Assembly: GCA_964649985.1 (NCBI GenBank)
Contig: CAZYQX010000014.1
Span: 6,124-70,123, forward strand
Length of the DNA: 64,000 bases
Direction: 5' to 3'
Source: an uncultured Pseudomonadales bacterium
Lineage (GTDB): Bacteria; Pseudomonadota; Gammaproteobacteria; Pseudomonadales; CAZYQX01
Part shown: piece by piece, positions 62,694-64,000 of the stretch
How positions within the stretch are numbered: position 1 is the stretch's first letter
How the letters are laid out: each line of letters begins with the position of its first letter
Translations under genes and position numbers: made by a program
The notes under the pieces: model-generated
What the model was told of the DNA's origin: nothing
What the model saw: only the letters and a program-made list of their open reading frames with translations
Database searches by the model: none

Positions 62694-63506
62694 ATGCCGC
62701 GCCGCGACGACGACCTAGCCGAACTCAGCATTGTGCCCGAGCGCGATGAGCTGCGGGCGCGCCAGCGCCCTGCGCCAGAGCATCGCGCCCAGGAGCCCCG
62801 CAGTGTGCACAGCCCCGGGCCGGCCATGGCGGCCTCGGGCGGTGGCGGGCAGATCCTCGCTTCTGTGGTGGCGGTGGTGGCCTGCCTGTGGGCCGGCTAT
62901 CTGCAGTGGAGCAGTATCGGCCTGCAGGAAAAGCTGGCCGCCTCCGATGCGCGCATTGCCAGCCTCGAAGCCCGCCTTTCCAGCACCGACCAGATGGTCA
63001 GCCAGGCCAACGATCAACTGGAGGACAAGCTCAAAGAAGTGTCTTCCGAGGTCGACAAGTTGTGGGCGTCTGCCTGGCGCAAGAACAAGGATCTGATCGA
63101 CCGCACCACCGCCGACCTGAAGAAACTGGGGTCTGACATCCAGGCCCAGGTGGAGGGTGCGCGCAAGTCCAACGAGAAACTGAGTAATGTACAGGGTCAG
63201 ATCGATGGCCTGAGCAAGAAACTGGCGGCGGTGGAGAGCCTGAAGAAGCAGCTGGACGAGCTGAGCAAATCCCTGGATGCCACCGGCAAACAGCTGGAAA
63301 GCCAGGGGCAAAAACTGGCGACGGTGGAAAAGTCGACCGGCTCGGTGAACGAAATCTCCACCCAGATCGAGGCGGTGTCGGAACAGTTGGGTGGCATAGA
63401 AAACCGCGTGGGTGAAGTGGAGCAGGACATCCAGTCCATCAATGCCTTCCGCAAGCAGGTCAATGCCCGCTTGAATGCGTCCCAGGGGGGCAGCCAGGCG
63501 CAATAA
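62694..63506 (+). CDS. Membrane-anchored coiled-coil protein of unknown function
   Basis: 270 aa. Charged N-terminus, one TM (ILASVVAVVACLWAGYL), then ~200 aa of heptad-like K/E/Q/L-rich sequence. Confidence 0.55.
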   Translation: MPRRDDDLAELSIVPERDELRARQRPAPEHRAQEPRSVHSPGPAMAASGGGGQILASVVAVVACLWAGYLQWSSIGLQEKLAASDARIASLEARLSSTDQMVSQANDQLEDKLKEVSSEVDKLWASAWRKNKDLIDRTTADLKKLGSDIQAQVEGARKSNEKLSNVQGQIDGLSKKLAAVESLKKQLDELSKSLDATGKQLESQGQKLATVEKSTGSVNEISTQIEAVSEQLGGIENRVGEVEQDIQSINAFRKQVNARLNASQGGSQAQ

Positions 63507-63551
63507 GTTTTTACGGTGGGCTCGCCCGCCATTAGCAAGACGGATGGTTTT

Positions 63552-64000
63552 ATGAGTCAACGCACCCTGGCCCTGATCTTCGGTGGCCCTTCCGCCGAGC
63601 ACGACATTTCGCTGGTGTCGGCCCGCTGCATTCTGGCCGCGCTCGATCGCCAGCAATTCGCCCCGGTGTTGCTGGGCATCGCGCGGGATGGGCAGTGGTA
63701 TCTGGTGGAGGAAAGCCTGCTGCAGCAGACGTCTTTCGACGCCCCGGTGGAAGTGGCCAGTGGCCGGCCGGTGTTCCTGCTGCGCGAGTCGGGCGTGGTC
63801 AAGGTGGTCGATCAGGGCACGCGCCAGGATGTGCAGAGCATCGACGTGGCCTTTCCCATCGTGCACGGCCCGGGCGGGGAGGACGGCGCCCTGCAAGGCA
63901 TGTTGCGCCTGCTCAACCTGCCCTTCGTCGGCTGCGACGTGGCATCGTCCGCCGCCGGCATGGACAAGGAGTTCACCAAGCGCCTGTTGCTGAGCGCCGG
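63552..64000 (+). CDS. ddl: D-alanine--D-alanine ligase, 3'-truncated by the window edge
   Basis: MSQRTLALIFGGPSAEHDISLVSA..., FPIVHGPGGEDGALQGMLRLLNLPFVGCDV, DKEFTKRLL. The frame is open to nt 64000. Confidence 0.85.
   Translation, partial: MSQRTLALIFGGPSAEHDISLVSARCILAALDRQQFAPVLLGIARDGQWYLVEESLLQQTSFDAPVEVASGRPVFLLRESGVVKVVDQGTRQDVQSIDVAFPIVHGPGGEDGALQGMLRLLNLPFVGCDVASSAAGMDKEFTKRLLLSA

Overview
This is a high-GC chromosomal window, apparently from a Gram-negative and probably gammaproteobacterial genome (inferred from gene content: MucD/DegQ, CstA-YbdD, YbhGFSR-like ABC-2 exporter, Fe-SOD). All analysis was done by eye and nothing was computed. I support about 60 protein genes.

Gene content by region:
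- nt 1-7964: housekeeping and stress genes (ubiX fragment, tesB, Zn-ADH, a Rieske oxygenase, hsp20, degQ/mucD-like).
- nt 8132-22215: a same-strand 13-gene acyl-CoA catabolic cluster. Its composition (FadD3-type ligase, IpdAB-type CoA-transferase pair, IpdC-type NMO reductase, EchA20-type hydratase, four ACADs in two alpha/beta-like pairs, thiolase, two SDRs) matches the steroid C/D-ring (HIP) pathway, i.e. the actinobacterial KstR2 regulon and the Comamonas scd genes.
- nt ~23185-28550: a visibly AT-richer accessory island. It carries an M48/TPR lipoprotein, a second lipoprotein, ccdAB, an exported phytochelatin-synthase-like protein, and two large ORF-free repeat-rich blocks.
- nt 28612-31125: a GT4 glycosyltransferase and an ODC-type decarboxylase.
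- nt 31240-39117: a 4-gene minus-strand operon of two 7TMR-DISM hybrid kinases with degenerate catalytic motifs, LemA, and an M48 peptidase with an unassigned C-terminal domain.
- nt 39279-64000: terC-family, LLM oxidoreductase, cstA-ybdD, hlyD/ABC-2 exporter, DUF1190/GSP-synthetase-like/DUF350 triad, tag, a pseudouridine synthase, ALDH, an SBP translationally coupled to a PAS-GGDEF-EAL protein, GDPD, an M15 peptidase, cysE, an REC-GGDEF regulator, sodB, a coiled-coil protein and a ddl fragment.

Most interesting non-coding signals:
1. A 16/19 Fur box overlaps a near-consensus sigma70 promoter and is followed about 110 nt later by a strong intrinsic terminator, with no ORF. It sits between convergent genes (58217-58362) and is a candidate iron-responsive sRNA.
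2. A ~270-bp structured repeat is present twice in the island, plus five direct copies of a 25-nt GGGG-headed core that resembles a Tn3-family terminal repeat.
3. A ~40-bp REP-like hairpin family (AAACACCACCCCC...CCCTCCCCCTGAGGGGGAGGG) has at least 9 copies. These sit in the intercistronic gaps of the steroid operon, at the island borders, and around a DUF559 nuclease pseudogene that has an in-frame TGA.

No rRNA, tRNA or CRISPR array was found.
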